Shown here piece by piece: positions 35,944 to 46,696 of a stretch of DNA of 64,000 nucleotides. The position numbers were made by a program, and so were the translations under genes. The first letter of the stretch is position 1; every line of letters starts with the position of its first letter. Below the pieces are notes generated by a model. It had not been told where the DNA came from, searched no databases, and saw only the letters and a program-made list of their open reading frames with translations. Source of the stretch: an uncultured virus (IMG/VR IMGVR_UViG_3300046820_002883) (lineage: Duplodnaviria > Heunggongvirae > Uroviricota > Caudoviricetes); IMG/VR virus record IMGVR_UViG_3300046820_002883; one strand, given 5' to 3'.

Positions 35944-36860
35944 TATCCGGTAATCGTATCAAAATTTAGGGTTTCATCAATATCATTTCTTTCTTCACGA
36001 ATTTCATATAATGTTTCATTAAATTCGTCTTTAACCTCGTAAAGGTTGTATTGTCTATAGATGTTATTACTTCCGTCATATATAGTGTAGATACCTTGAG
36101 AAACTGCTTTACTTTGATTACCATACAATGCGTATGCTAGAGTTGAAGCATCATGTTCAACCATTTCAATTTCGACCGTTGTTGGGTTTAGATATGTGTT
36201 GGTTAAAATTATCTTTTGAGAAGGTACACCGATATATGGAACGGTGTTTGGTTTGTTTGTTGGTGCTGAAGACGGTGTTACAGTTAAGAACATCAAATTC
36301 GTTGCTTGTTCACTATATTGATATCTAATTGATTTTTGTGAAGTACTTGTCAAGTTAGACACAATTGGGGTACAGAAAAAAGAAGACGTTACAATTCTAT
36401 AAAAATTTGGAATTTTTTTATTGTCTGATGAATTAATATATTCAATTCTATAACCAACTAACCCTTGAGGGGTGAATTTATTTCTATCTGCCGCAGGTAC
36501 ATTACTTAAATCGACAACCAAACCTCTTACAGATGGTAATGACGCTAAAATACCACAATCTGTGATTGTAGTTCTTATTTGTTTAGGTCTAAGGTGAAGT
36601 GTATAAATTCCCAAATCGGCAAAATCACTTGCAGACAACTTTAAATTATAAAGTCCACCCATTATCTCAACGTTAGGTGCCGCAGTATCATCTGTGGTAT
36701 CCGAATTGTGAAATACAGGTGTTAATACATCACCACTGTCTAATCTTTTTAATGTTACATCAGCAACATTTGTTCTATTTGGGACATAGTGAAAGTAGAT
36801 TTCCACATCTTCCGGTGAAATATCCGAGGGTCTAATTATACCGTAACTTCCTACTGCCAT
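35943..36860 (-). CDS. Phage structural protein (baseplate region)
   Basis: 305-aa ORF; TATTTAT motif at 36873-36879; TAATG overlap with next gene. Confidence 0.75.
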   Translation of the reverse strand: MAVGSYGIIRPSDISPEDVEIYFHYVPNRTNVADVTLKRLDSGDVLTPVFHNSDTTDDTAAPNVEIMGGLYNLKLSASDFADLGIYTLHLRPKQIRTTITDCGILASLPSVRGLVVDLSNVPAADRNKFTPQGLVGYRIEYINSSDNKKIPNFYRIVTSSFFCTPIVSNLTSTSQKSIRYQYSEQATNLMFLTVTPSSAPTNKPNTVPYIGVPSQKIILTNTYLNPTTVEIEMVEHDASTLAYALYGNQSKAVSQGIYTIYDGSNNIYRQYNLYEVKDEFNETLYEIREERNDIDETLNFDTITG

Positions 36861-36885
36861 GTTTTTTTAATAATAAATATAAATT

Positions 36886-38049
36886 TTATTGTTTTCTTAC
36901 ATTAAAATATCCATTTCCGTAATTAACCATTTCACCAATACTATCAATTTCAGATAATCTTAATGTTTTTTCCATTACACCTTGTTTACCTCTTTCAACA
37001 AATATGTCAGAGTAAATAACAGGTTCGTCAATGAATCCTATGAAATGTTCGTTTCTTGTTATCATGTGATTTATAACTTCTTCTTTTGTATAACCAGATG
37101 TTGAACCTGTTATAGTTGTAATTCCGTCTTCAAAATCTTGATAATATAAATTATCAATTGTGTATGCACTGTATGCAACACCTGATGTTGTTCCGGTTGT
37201 TACACCACTATAGGTGTTTGAACCATAAAGTTTCAACTCACTAATTCTACTCTTACCAATCGCAGCATAGTTGAATGTTGTGAATCCTGTTGTACTGTTA
37301 CTATACTCTAAATCGTTCAAATAGTCAATGGTTTGTCCACTAATTGTTGTGTATGGTATTGTAAATCCACTAAATGTTCCAAGAGGATTTAATACTGTCG
37401 TATTTGAAGGTATTTGAATAACTTTTTTAGTTTGGAAATTTGTCCAAGGTGTTTGTATTGATATAGAAACAAGGGTTTCTCCCGTTCCTGTGTATGTTTT
37501 TGTTGCGGTAATGTTTGTTGTGGATAAAATACTTTGAGTACCATCACCCCAATCAACTGTAAAATCAATTTCATGAATTTCAGATACTTTAGTTGTGTCT
37601 ACAGTATTGTAAACCTGTAACGTGTTACCTGTTTGAGTATATGAGAAGTTACACATTTGTTCAACTTGTTCCATTTGACCATCAAATCCAACCATAACAC
37701 CCATTTCATCAACCGATGTTTCCAAGAATACAGGTAATTTATTATCATCATATGCTTGGCTCTTTTGAATCGATTCCCAACCATATAAATCCAACGTCAA
37801 ATCACAACCTGAACCTCCACTTGAGAAATTTGATATAGTTGAACCTGTCCATAGATAATAACCTAAAGAAAGTGTGTCGTTGGTGTTATAAACTATCTCA
37901 CCATCTACCGGTGGTAGTGTTGGGTCTATTGACCATGGAACCAAGTTACCCTCAGAATCATACCAAAAAGGTCCCGTTAACGAATATAGATTTACGTTTG
38001 GGATGTACTTCCTGAGTATCTGGTATTTATATTTTTCTTTTGGGTTCAT
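36886..38049 (-). CDS. Structural protein with PKD-like domain
   Basis: FTVDWGDGT...KTY motif. Confidence 0.75.
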   Translation of the reverse strand: MNPKEKYKYQILRKYIPNVNLYSLTGPFWYDSEGNLVPWSIDPTLPPVDGEIVYNTNDTLSLGYYLWTGSTISNFSSGGSGCDLTLDLYGWESIQKSQAYDDNKLPVFLETSVDEMGVMVGFDGQMEQVEQMCNFSYTQTGNTLQVYNTVDTTKVSEIHEIDFTVDWGDGTQSILSTTNITATKTYTGTGETLVSISIQTPWTNFQTKKVIQIPSNTTVLNPLGTFSGFTIPYTTISGQTIDYLNDLEYSNSTTGFTTFNYAAIGKSRISELKLYGSNTYSGVTTGTTSGVAYSAYTIDNLYYQDFEDGITTITGSTSGYTKEEVINHMITRNEHFIGFIDEPVIYSDIFVERGKQGVMEKTLRLSEIDSIGEMVNYGNGYFNVRKQ

Positions 38050-38867
38050 TATTGTCTTCTTTCATAGAATCTTATCGGACTACTTGTTTCACCCTCTCTT
38101 ACACCTAAACTACCGTCAAATCTGTAAACAATATACGAGTAATCGGTTTTGTCGATTATGACTTTGTAGTAAACATCCTCTTCCTCAATAATCTCCTGTC
38201 CAATAGATAAATATTTGTTTACAAAATCTATAACCTCTCCCGTCTTAGCATTATAATATTTCGCGGTCATATAAAATGTGTTTCCGGTGATATTTGTCTC
38301 GTCAAATGGTGTTTCATCCATAAACCAAAACAAATACATGTTTTCGGTATTTCTATAATTTGAACCGGTAAAAACAGGAATGTAAACAAAATCATTTAAA
38401 GGAAGTACCGAACCAATTGTTGTTCCGGTATAAAAAATTTTCTCACCGATTGGTAATGAAAGATTTTTAGTAAAAACTAATCTTCTATTTGTTTGATTTG
38501 GTGCATCATCATTTGATGTTTTATAAAATTCTAACCTAAAAAAACTTTCAGTAGATTGTCTTAACATTTTTGAATTTTCTTCCAATGTTAGTCCCGTTGC
38601 CTCATAATTTGGTATGTATGTACTTCCGTCTAAAAAATAAAAATAATACCAAATGTCTGTTTGTTGAATACTATACGGACTAATGGTTTGGGTATATGGT
38701 GAGTGAATGTATCTTACAGTTTCATAATTGTCCGAAGGATTTATAATGGAATAAAGAATTTCTTTTTCCATTTCTTCCGCATTTTCAGTCCAACCTAAAT
38801 CTGTTTTAAAAGTTTGGTCATTTGAAAGAATGATTTTTTGGTCAACATTTTTACGTAGTATTTCCAT
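38049..38867 (-). CDS. Phage structural protein (baseplate region)
   Basis: 272-aa ORF, translationally coupled within the operon. Confidence 0.75.
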   Translation of the reverse strand: MEILRKNVDQKIILSNDQTFKTDLGWTENAEEMEKEILYSIINPSDNYETVRYIHSPYTQTISPYSIQQTDIWYYFYFLDGSTYIPNYEATGLTLEENSKMLRQSTESFFRLEFYKTSNDDAPNQTNRRLVFTKNLSLPIGEKIFYTGTTIGSVLPLNDFVYIPVFTGSNYRNTENMYLFWFMDETPFDETNITGNTFYMTAKYYNAKTGEVIDFVNKYLSIGQEIIEEEDVYYKVIIDKTDYSYIVYRFDGSLGVREGETSSPIRFYERRQ

Positions 38868-38868
38868 A

Positions 38869-40671
38869 TTAACAGTCGAATTTTGTTACATTCTTTATCA
38901 AGTCTTGTTTATTATTATATAGATTTTCATTACGTAAATAAAAGTTAATTTCATTTTTTACATAATGAATATTGTTGATGAATGGGAAATTTGTTCCGAA
39001 TCCATCGGGGTCTATAAATCCATGGTCATATAAATCTCTCCACCTCCATAATTTTTCATCTTCAAAATATTTCGCATTTTGTGGAAGACCATAAATTTGG
39101 TCAGTTGTTGACGTTTCGATGTATGGAGATAATTCTCTTAATGTAATTTTATTGTGTGGTTGATATGTTAAACCAAACATATTATTGATACTTGCACCAC
39201 TAAATCCAACAGTCGAACCACTTTGTCCATAATTAAAAACATTAAGTGGATTAGATATTCTATGAAATGCAGGACTAATAATTCTTTCGTTTAATTCCGA
39301 TTTGTTGTATTCAACATAAGCACCATTCAACACGGTACCCAAGGGTAAATCTGTTCCACCGGTAAATTGATAGGGTGTTGCACCGTCCGTTCTGTTAAAT
39401 GTTGTTGTAGGTATCGTTGTTTCAACCGACGTGTTACCACTAAAATGATTATCAATCCAATTGTTATGAAAATTAAATTTCCAACCTACTTTTGGTGGGT
39501 ATTGGAAATAACCGTTACCGTTTCTAAAAATTGTTGTGAGATATACTTCAGTAGGTAAATAACCTAAATTATTTGTCAATCCTGTTAATACTAATGGTGT
39601 TTTAAAATCATAAACTAATGACTCCATTTTGTTTCTTTCAACTAAAAAATCATTGGCTCCCGCACTATTTTCTAACAACAATTTTCTTTCATTTTCCCAT
39701 ATTGGGGATTCAAAACCAATCTTATCAAGAATGTAATCCTTTTTTTCGGTTAATGTTTTATGTTTATGTACATAGTATGTTGATGTAGTCCCTGTAATAT
39801 TTGATTTATTGATACATCTTTTACCAAAAACCACATTTGAAATTGTTAAACCTGTTGGTAATTCGGATTTTGAAATTTCTAAAACATAGTTTTCTGAATT
39901 ATAAATTTCATCCCCAACACTTACTATTGAAAATGTTCTACCGGTTATTGGTGAAGAGGGGTTTAACACTCCTCCTTGGTAGTTATCAGTTAATACAATA
40001 TATTCTCCATTAGAGATACCGTGAGGTACGGGACTTGTTAACTTATATGTGTTACCATTGCTCACGATTCTAAATGGAATACCGTCACCAGCAACAAAAT
40101 TAAAAGTACTTCCTGTAGTTCCACCACTAAGTGTGTATTTCATTGGGTATTGTGTATCCGCAGAATAAACGTATGTTAAATATAAGTTCCAATTATGGTA
40201 TGGGGCATCAATTGATGAGATATTTTGGTGTGAACTTAATCCTGAAATAGAAAATGATGGGGTATATCCCGAATTAATATTGGAGGTGGTTGTAACATTA
40301 GTTACTTCCCTAATCACATCTTTTCTTAAAAAAGCAAACTCATTGTATGGGATATAACCAACAAACGGACTACTAGCTCCCGGAGGTACGATTGTTCCAT
40401 CTTCAACCAAATATAACTGTTGTAGTAATGGATTATATTGACTAGTTCCGCTATACATGTTTCTAAAAACCATTTTGATTTTACCATGTATTTTGTAGTT
40501 ATTACTTTCATTTCTTTCTTTATCAAATAGAAGAGCATTATTAAGTATAATGGTTCTATCTCCTTCTCTTAATAAGTTTCTTGTTTCATCTAAACCGACT
40601 CTAACATTTAAATCCTCATTAGTCGAACCAAAGAATTTTTTTGATGGTAATATGATTCTTTTCTTTTCCAT
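38869..40671 (-). CDS. Phage structural protein (baseplate region)
   Basis: 600-aa ORF, TAATG-coupled; beta-rich; SPVPHGISNGEYIVL beta-barrel-type motif. Confidence 0.75.
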   Translation of the reverse strand: MEKKRIILPSKKFFGSTNEDLNVRVGLDETRNLLREGDRTIILNNALLFDKERNESNNYKIHGKIKMVFRNMYSGTSQYNPLLQQLYLVEDGTIVPPGASSPFVGYIPYNEFAFLRKDVIREVTNVTTTSNINSGYTPSFSISGLSSHQNISSIDAPYHNWNLYLTYVYSADTQYPMKYTLSGGTTGSTFNFVAGDGIPFRIVSNGNTYKLTSPVPHGISNGEYIVLTDNYQGGVLNPSSPITGRTFSIVSVGDEIYNSENYVLEISKSELPTGLTISNVVFGKRCINKSNITGTTSTYYVHKHKTLTEKKDYILDKIGFESPIWENERKLLLENSAGANDFLVERNKMESLVYDFKTPLVLTGLTNNLGYLPTEVYLTTIFRNGNGYFQYPPKVGWKFNFHNNWIDNHFSGNTSVETTIPTTTFNRTDGATPYQFTGGTDLPLGTVLNGAYVEYNKSELNERIISPAFHRISNPLNVFNYGQSGSTVGFSGASINNMFGLTYQPHNKITLRELSPYIETSTTDQIYGLPQNAKYFEDEKLWRWRDLYDHGFIDPDGFGTNFPFINNIHYVKNEINFYLRNENLYNNKQDLIKNVTKFDC

Positions 40672-43600
40672 TATTCCGCAGATGGGAACGCACCTTTAGG
40701 TCCGAACCTTTCAATAAATTTATCAACCGCAGTGTTACCCGGTCTCAATCCAAAATAAAATAAGAATGGTGTTGATAATATTTGTTTATTACCATTATAA
40801 TTGTTTTGTGTTGGTTTAATAATGTATGTGACAGTATTAAATGCCCACGGTGTTGAGGACCAGTTACCAGCATTTCCGACTCTAGTGTATAACGTACCAC
40901 CATACGGTACAGTGGTTGTACCCGATGTTACATACAAATACGTAAACCCTTCTTCTTGTAAATCATAATCTGTGTGATTATCCGTACCACTTTCTTCAAT
41001 ATCAAATCCAACATCGTTAATGTCAGGACCATCGAATGTGTTACCTGAATAGGTTTTAGTCATTGGGAATAAAACGTAGTTATATGAAGAATCTGTAAAA
41101 CCTGAAAATGCATAGTTATAGGTCATCCCCTGTAATCTTTGTGAACGAACCGTAGTATAATCCCAAGATTGGTTGATACCTTCACCAAATCCTTGACCAC
41201 CCTTATCCCAATAAAAGAAGGGAACGATTTGAGAGGATTCGGTTAATCTTCCCGGCTCATTTAAACAAACTCTAACTCTATATCCATCGGGGTCTAACGC
41301 AAAATTAATTGGTAATGGTCCATTTGATGTTCCTGATTGAGATTTAAATAAATTAGGGTAATTATCGGGGTCAAGAATTAATGGAGAATACGCCCCATAT
41401 GCTCTAGTTTGTAAATCAAATTCTTGAATACCCGCTTCATTATTAATTGAAATTAACTGTAATAAATCCCCGTTTAATACCAATTTTAGAGGTGTGGATG
41501 GGTACAAAGTATATCCAACATTATTAAAGAAATCTTTATATTCATAGTTTTGAGCATCCATTCTATAATTTAGATATAACCCAATCATTTCTTTCATATT
41601 TTGATATGACGTTGGTCCGATACTTCTAACCACGGAACAGTTAGGGTCTAAAGTGGGGTCAACACAAATTTCTTTGATAAACTCATCTCTTGGTCCCATA
41701 TCAACAACTGTTGTTGGGTGTCCTAAAGTTGGGTTGGGTGAGTGTGCCGCACTATGTCTAACAAATAAAGATGTTGATGGGTTATATTTTGATGACCTGT
41801 AATAGAATCTTTTAACAGGTACCAATGTTGTTGATTCTTGAACTTTAAAATACGAGAGGTCTTCACAATATTTTGTTCCCCTAACATTTAAATCTAACTC
41901 CTCTTCATTGTCCCATCTAACTTTCGATTTAAATGGAAACATATATAATGAACCTGTTAGCCAATTATCAACAAAGGAGTAATTGACAACACCTTCACAA
42001 AAAAGTTTACCAACGAGTTTTCTTCTAGCATATTCACTAATTGCTTTGGAGTTTGCATCCCAATTTTCAATATTTGCCGCAGGTATAATAGTATAGTTAC
42101 CAAATCTAAATTCAGAGTATCCACTTTTTGTTTTACAAGTATCACATTTATTTCCATTATATGTTTTAATAACTTGACCAACAGGTATTGTTCCCGGACT
42201 CGAAGCACATGTTGGTCCTGTAAATACGGTTAAACCACTATATGGTACACTAACATTCGATGCACAATAAGTTCCCGATACGATTGTTTCGTCATAAACG
42301 GTATTATAACTTTGACAACCATCGGGTAATGTATCGTTATTTATTCCTCCTCCACCTGTTGCTCCTGATAGTAATAAAGTTGCGTCATATAACTCATAAG
42401 TGAACCCCGTCCAAACATAGTCGGTTGGTGAAGTTCCTCCATTGTTCCACAATAACCAATAGCTCGTACTTGATGAATCAATATGTTCATAACCACCACT
42501 ACCACAAGTATATGTATTAAAGTTTAATTGCTCAGATGTATTAACCGTTAATCCCGATAAAGTTGCCTTAGCAGATGGTAATGCATTTCCGTGAGGTAAA
42601 TATGATTTTAATTTTATAATGTATTCACGTGGAGGTATTGATAAAATATTCGTCTGAACAGTCGAAAGTGATTGTCCATATGTTAAACCAGCAAAACCGT
42701 ATGTTGTGTATGTACCCGTTAATAGTACTTCTAATTCGTCAACATCAGGGTCACAGTTTGGTATATAAACTTGATTCGGTTGTGTACAAGTACCGATTTG
42801 ATTTGCAGAACCAATACCTCCCCCGAAGTTTGTTACTCCAACGCCACCGGTATTTTTTCTAACACACTGTGTTACCGTTGGGTCACCGTCATATAAAGTT
42901 ACAGTACTAGCAGTCCCACCATTACAATCGTAGAATGTAAAAAGGGTGGAGGTACCCGCTCCTGATGGTGATGTAAACTCCCATAGTTCACATTCAAGTG
43001 TCAATGTTAATTTATCTCTAACCGCAGTACCATAACCCACTTTTTCATATAAAAGTGCGGGGTCTTCAGTAGATGATGGAATAGTGTCCACATCATCACC
43101 CCCATCACAAGATTCACAATCGGGATATGTTACGATATTTAAATTAACGGTACCAAAATTTTGTAATCTTTCAACCACATCATCTAAAAACTGAAATGGT
43201 CCTCGTTGAAAAATTATCTTTTTACCAATTTGAATTTTAAATACCAATTTTTCATATAATTTTTGAAAAGGTATAATTAACGCTTGTATAACACCAACAA
43301 ATGCTTTATAAATAATTCTTTCAAAAACATTCAAAACAATTGCCAATAAAATTCCAAATGAGAATTTTCTAAACGCAAAGTTTGTTGGCGGTGTTAGAAC
43401 TTCACTTTCACAGTCTTCGTCTTGTTTTGGGGCAATTTCTTTTAATCCTAAAAAGTTATCTCTACCCGTTGCAAACTCGGAACCCATATATGATGACACA
43501 CCATAAACTTTATTGTATGTGAATCTAAAAAAATAATCTTCGGGAAAATAACTACCAAATACATTATTAAAAATTGTGGTATCGGTAATTGCATCTGCCG

Positions 43601-44807
43601 GATAATCATCCCAATTCAAAGAAAAGGCGTATGATTTATCAACGTCATTAATGTATTCACGAATATTTGGTACTAAATAACTACCGATGGTTCTAACTCT
43701 ACCTAAAGTTTCGTTCTTACCTGATATTCTAAATCTATAACAACCCGATGTTGCAATACCTTTATTTGGGTCATTTGTTATTTCATTTTCACCGAATTCA
43801 TTGGTGAAAACATAATCCATATTCATCGGTAGTGATAACACAAATGCTCCCGATTCGTCAATATCTTCATTTAGTTCATATTCCTCTAATCCAGGTCTAC
43901 CTTTTGAGTCGAATAATGTATTAAACCTAATAATCTCAACAGTAGATTTAAATGAGGTTAAATCACACTTTCTACCCATTTTACCACTAGGTGTACAATT
44001 CTTGTTAACGGTATTTGTTCCTTGGTCAGAATAGATTGAACCTAACAAATATGCTTTAGGTTCTACTTTAACTCCTTGACTTGATAAATCAAAATCGGTT
44101 CTTGTCAATCCAATCTCACATAAGTCTTCATTTCCCCAAAATGGGAAAACCTCGACCGTTTGGTTGAATGAAACGATTTGTGGTAATGAATCGATATCTT
44201 CAGATGATTTGTATGTGTATTGATTTTTAAATTTATCTACACCCATACCCTGTCTAATGAAATCGTCGGGTCTTAATGAGAAGCACCCCATATCAGATAA
44301 ATCAACATCAACGTGAACTGTTTGGGTTCCGAGTGGAACTCCCCAAATCATAAAGTCACCTGAGTCATTTGTCTTAACGGTGTATTTGTAATATTTTTCG
44401 TAAACTTCTAAGATTTCTTCTCTTGTAAGAATATCTTTTTGGTCGGGGAATGTACCTGTTGGTGCATGTCCACCATGTTGTTGTCTACTCGGTAATAGGT
44501 TATAACGGTATCCCGCCTCGTTCCTATCATTAATGGTTGTAAAAGGGTATAACGCCGAAATTACTGGGTCGTCAACATCTTCATCTTTAATTGGTATAAA
44601 GATTGAAACTCTTGCGTTTGGAATCCCAAAACCATTGTTTACTGAAATTCTACCGCAGACAACACCGTAGTCGGCACACATAGATGAATAGACATCTGTT
44701 TGTGTGAATTTTAAAGACAATATCTCAAGTAGGTCGTAGTCTTGTTTAAGTTCTACCACCACTTTTTGGTCTTTACCTATATTTGTGGAAATTCTGTGTT
44801 TCTGCAT
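40671..44807 (-). CDS. Large structural protein with N-terminal carboxypeptidase-regulatory/transthyretin-like domain, 1378 aa
   Basis: GVVCGRISVNNGFGIPNARVSIF, TNDSGDFMIWGVPLG; central hydrophobic helices; TATTTAT motif at 44816-44822. Confidence 0.75.
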   Translation of the reverse strand: MQKHRISTNIGKDQKVVVELKQDYDLLEILSLKFTQTDVYSSMCADYGVVCGRISVNNGFGIPNARVSIFIPIKDEDVDDPVISALYPFTTINDRNEAGYRYNLLPSRQQHGGHAPTGTFPDQKDILTREEILEVYEKYYKYTVKTNDSGDFMIWGVPLGTQTVHVDVDLSDMGCFSLRPDDFIRQGMGVDKFKNQYTYKSSEDIDSLPQIVSFNQTVEVFPFWGNEDLCEIGLTRTDFDLSSQGVKVEPKAYLLGSIYSDQGTNTVNKNCTPSGKMGRKCDLTSFKSTVEIIRFNTLFDSKGRPGLEEYELNEDIDESGAFVLSLPMNMDYVFTNEFGENEITNDPNKGIATSGCYRFRISGKNETLGRVRTIGSYLVPNIREYINDVDKSYAFSLNWDDYPADAITDTTIFNNVFGSYFPEDYFFRFTYNKVYGVSSYMGSEFATGRDNFLGLKEIAPKQDEDCESEVLTPPTNFAFRKFSFGILLAIVLNVFERIIYKAFVGVIQALIIPFQKLYEKLVFKIQIGKKIIFQRGPFQFLDDVVERLQNFGTVNLNIVTYPDCESCDGGDDVDTIPSSTEDPALLYEKVGYGTAVRDKLTLTLECELWEFTSPSGAGTSTLFTFYDCNGGTASTVTLYDGDPTVTQCVRKNTGGVGVTNFGGGIGSANQIGTCTQPNQVYIPNCDPDVDELEVLLTGTYTTYGFAGLTYGQSLSTVQTNILSIPPREYIIKLKSYLPHGNALPSAKATLSGLTVNTSEQLNFNTYTCGSGGYEHIDSSSTSYWLLWNNGGTSPTDYVWTGFTYELYDATLLLSGATGGGGINNDTLPDGCQSYNTVYDETIVSGTYCASNVSVPYSGLTVFTGPTCASSPGTIPVGQVIKTYNGNKCDTCKTKSGYSEFRFGNYTIIPAANIENWDANSKAISEYARRKLVGKLFCEGVVNYSFVDNWLTGSLYMFPFKSKVRWDNEEELDLNVRGTKYCEDLSYFKVQESTTLVPVKRFYYRSSKYNPSTSLFVRHSAAHSPNPTLGHPTTVVDMGPRDEFIKEICVDPTLDPNCSVVRSIGPTSYQNMKEMIGLYLNYRMDAQNYEYKDFFNNVGYTLYPSTPLKLVLNGDLLQLISINNEAGIQEFDLQTRAYGAYSPLILDPDNYPNLFKSQSGTSNGPLPINFALDPDGYRVRVCLNEPGRLTESSQIVPFFYWDKGGQGFGEGINQSWDYTTVRSQRLQGMTYNYAFSGFTDSSYNYVLFPMTKTYSGNTFDGPDINDVGFDIEESGTDNHTDYDLQEEGFTYLYVTSGTTTVPYGGTLYTRVGNAGNWSSTPWAFNTVTYIIKPTQNNYNGNKQILSTPFLFYFGLRPGNTAVDKFIERFGPKGAFPSAE

Positions 44808-44862
44808 TATTATCTATAAATAGAAAATTATGTGTTTCCAGAAATAATAAATAAAAAATAAA

Positions 44863-46695
44863 TTAGAATGTAGTCGTTCCTAATGTTTTAACCCTGATTT
44901 TAATATCTTTTTGTGGAAATCTAATTTGGAATATTTGATTTGACTTCATATAGATGGTCATATCAGATTGACTAATTTCTTTAGTTGATGAGTTGACATA
45001 CGATTGAGCAACCTCTGCACTTGAGTATTCACCACCATTTAGGTTATAAACTCTAATATCCACAACGTTCTCAACACCTGTGGTTTGTCCAATCATTCTA
45101 TTTAAATCACCAACCAATAATGGGTCTCCCATTTTTCTTTTTTCAATTGAAAAATAGTCAATAATTTCTTGGATTGTAGTTTTTATTATTTCTGTTTGAT
45201 TACCGTTTTTATTAATAACCAAATCAATTTCTAAACCTAAGTCAATCACTTCCCCACTTTGAATTTCAAGGAAGTCATTTAACATTCGATATTCAGAAAG
45301 GTATGTTAATATATTATCTTTTAATGTGGTTGAAACCGTATCGGTTAAATTACCATTCTCATCATATGATAATAGTTTTATTTTAACCTTATTGTCTTCT
45401 TCCATTACGTTAACTTTTGCGGGTGCACCAAACGTTGATGGCATTGTTTCAATTAATGATTTATAATCATTAAGGGTAACCGCTCTGTTTTGTGCAGCAA
45501 AATTGTATGCAACTAAATTTCTAACTTCCTCGACTGTTGGTTGGTCTGAACCTCCGACTGCCGGTGTTACGTTAGTAACTGTTAATGATTGTTGAACTTG
45601 AGTATTGGTACTTGAGTTTGGTCCATTAATAACAAATGTAACATCATCAATCGTTTGAATAACATCAACACCTAAGTTAGTATCTTTACCTCCACCTGTT
45701 CTATATTTTATGAAAACCGTGGTGTTTGATTTAGGTACCGCACCTAATGAAAGATTGTTTAAATATGTACCTAAACTAACTCTTAATGTTCCGGTATTGT
45801 AGTTATCTAAATTATCTAATGGGTTAACGTTACCAGAACCAAATGTTACCGAAAAATAACCTTCAGGAGTATATTCTGTAACAAACTTATTATTCACATC
45901 AATGTAATCACCGGCAACAAAATTATCTCTATCCGATGCTGTTGTTGTGTTTGGTATGAATACTTTGTCTTGGATTAACGATTTAACCTCATACCATTTA
46001 TTTGATGAATTTAAAAACTCCGAGTTTGTTGGGTTAGATGCAAAGTTTGTTCCTTCTTTATGGATTATACCGGTTACACCCAATACATTTTGTTCAGGTA
46101 GATATAATTTTAAGAAAGGTTTTTGGTCCAATTCTGTGATTACTTTTCTGAAAATTTTAGTAACCCCATTTACGACGGCTTCTCTTTTTACAATTGAATA
46201 TGATATTAATCTGTTATTACCATCAAAATTAGGTATCTTTAATCTGTTTGGTTCACCTTTACTATTGAATGGGTTTGAGAAGTCAATATCCTCCATGGTT
46301 TCAAATATTTGTCCCCCACCTGATATTTGTGCTCCCGCTTGGATAATACCCAAGTATCTCTCATCTTCCTTATCACCTCTTACAGGTACATTAATTGTAA
46401 AGTCACATAACGCAACTGACGGTCTATTACCCGGTATTCTAATACCATATGTTTTAGCAATGTGAAATAATGATTGTCTTTGTTGTGCAAAGTCTAACAT
46501 TGTTTCTTGCCAAACTCTATCAATGTGGAAGTGTAAATTATCGGCAACCGCCGCATTTAAATCTAACAATACTGAGAATATAGATGCGTCGTTAGTGTTT
46601 TTAATTAAATCGGGGTAGTATTCTCTAGTTAGGTTGACTAACTCTTGTCTTAACCCAGCGAAGTCCCTTACCGAGTATGATATTTTTTTTGCCAT
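44863..46695 (-). CDS. Baseplate wedge subunit (T4 gp6 / Baseplate J-like)
   Basis: RDFAGLRQELV, YSVTFGSG, GGSDQPTVEEVR, AQNRAVTLNDY. Confidence 0.92.
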   Translation of the reverse strand: MAKKISYSVRDFAGLRQELVNLTREYYPDLIKNTNDASIFSVLLDLNAAVADNLHFHIDRVWQETMLDFAQQRQSLFHIAKTYGIRIPGNRPSVALCDFTINVPVRGDKEDERYLGIIQAGAQISGGGQIFETMEDIDFSNPFNSKGEPNRLKIPNFDGNNRLISYSIVKREAVVNGVTKIFRKVITELDQKPFLKLYLPEQNVLGVTGIIHKEGTNFASNPTNSEFLNSSNKWYEVKSLIQDKVFIPNTTTASDRDNFVAGDYIDVNNKFVTEYTPEGYFSVTFGSGNVNPLDNLDNYNTGTLRVSLGTYLNNLSLGAVPKSNTTVFIKYRTGGGKDTNLGVDVIQTIDDVTFVINGPNSSTNTQVQQSLTVTNVTPAVGGSDQPTVEEVRNLVAYNFAAQNRAVTLNDYKSLIETMPSTFGAPAKVNVMEEDNKVKIKLLSYDENGNLTDTVSTTLKDNILTYLSEYRMLNDFLEIQSGEVIDLGLEIDLVINKNGNQTEIIKTTIQEIIDYFSIEKRKMGDPLLVGDLNRMIGQTTGVENVVDIRVYNLNGGEYSSAEVAQSYVNSSTKEISQSDMTIYMKSNQIFQIRFPQKDIKIRVKTLGTTTF

Positions 46696-46696
46696 G

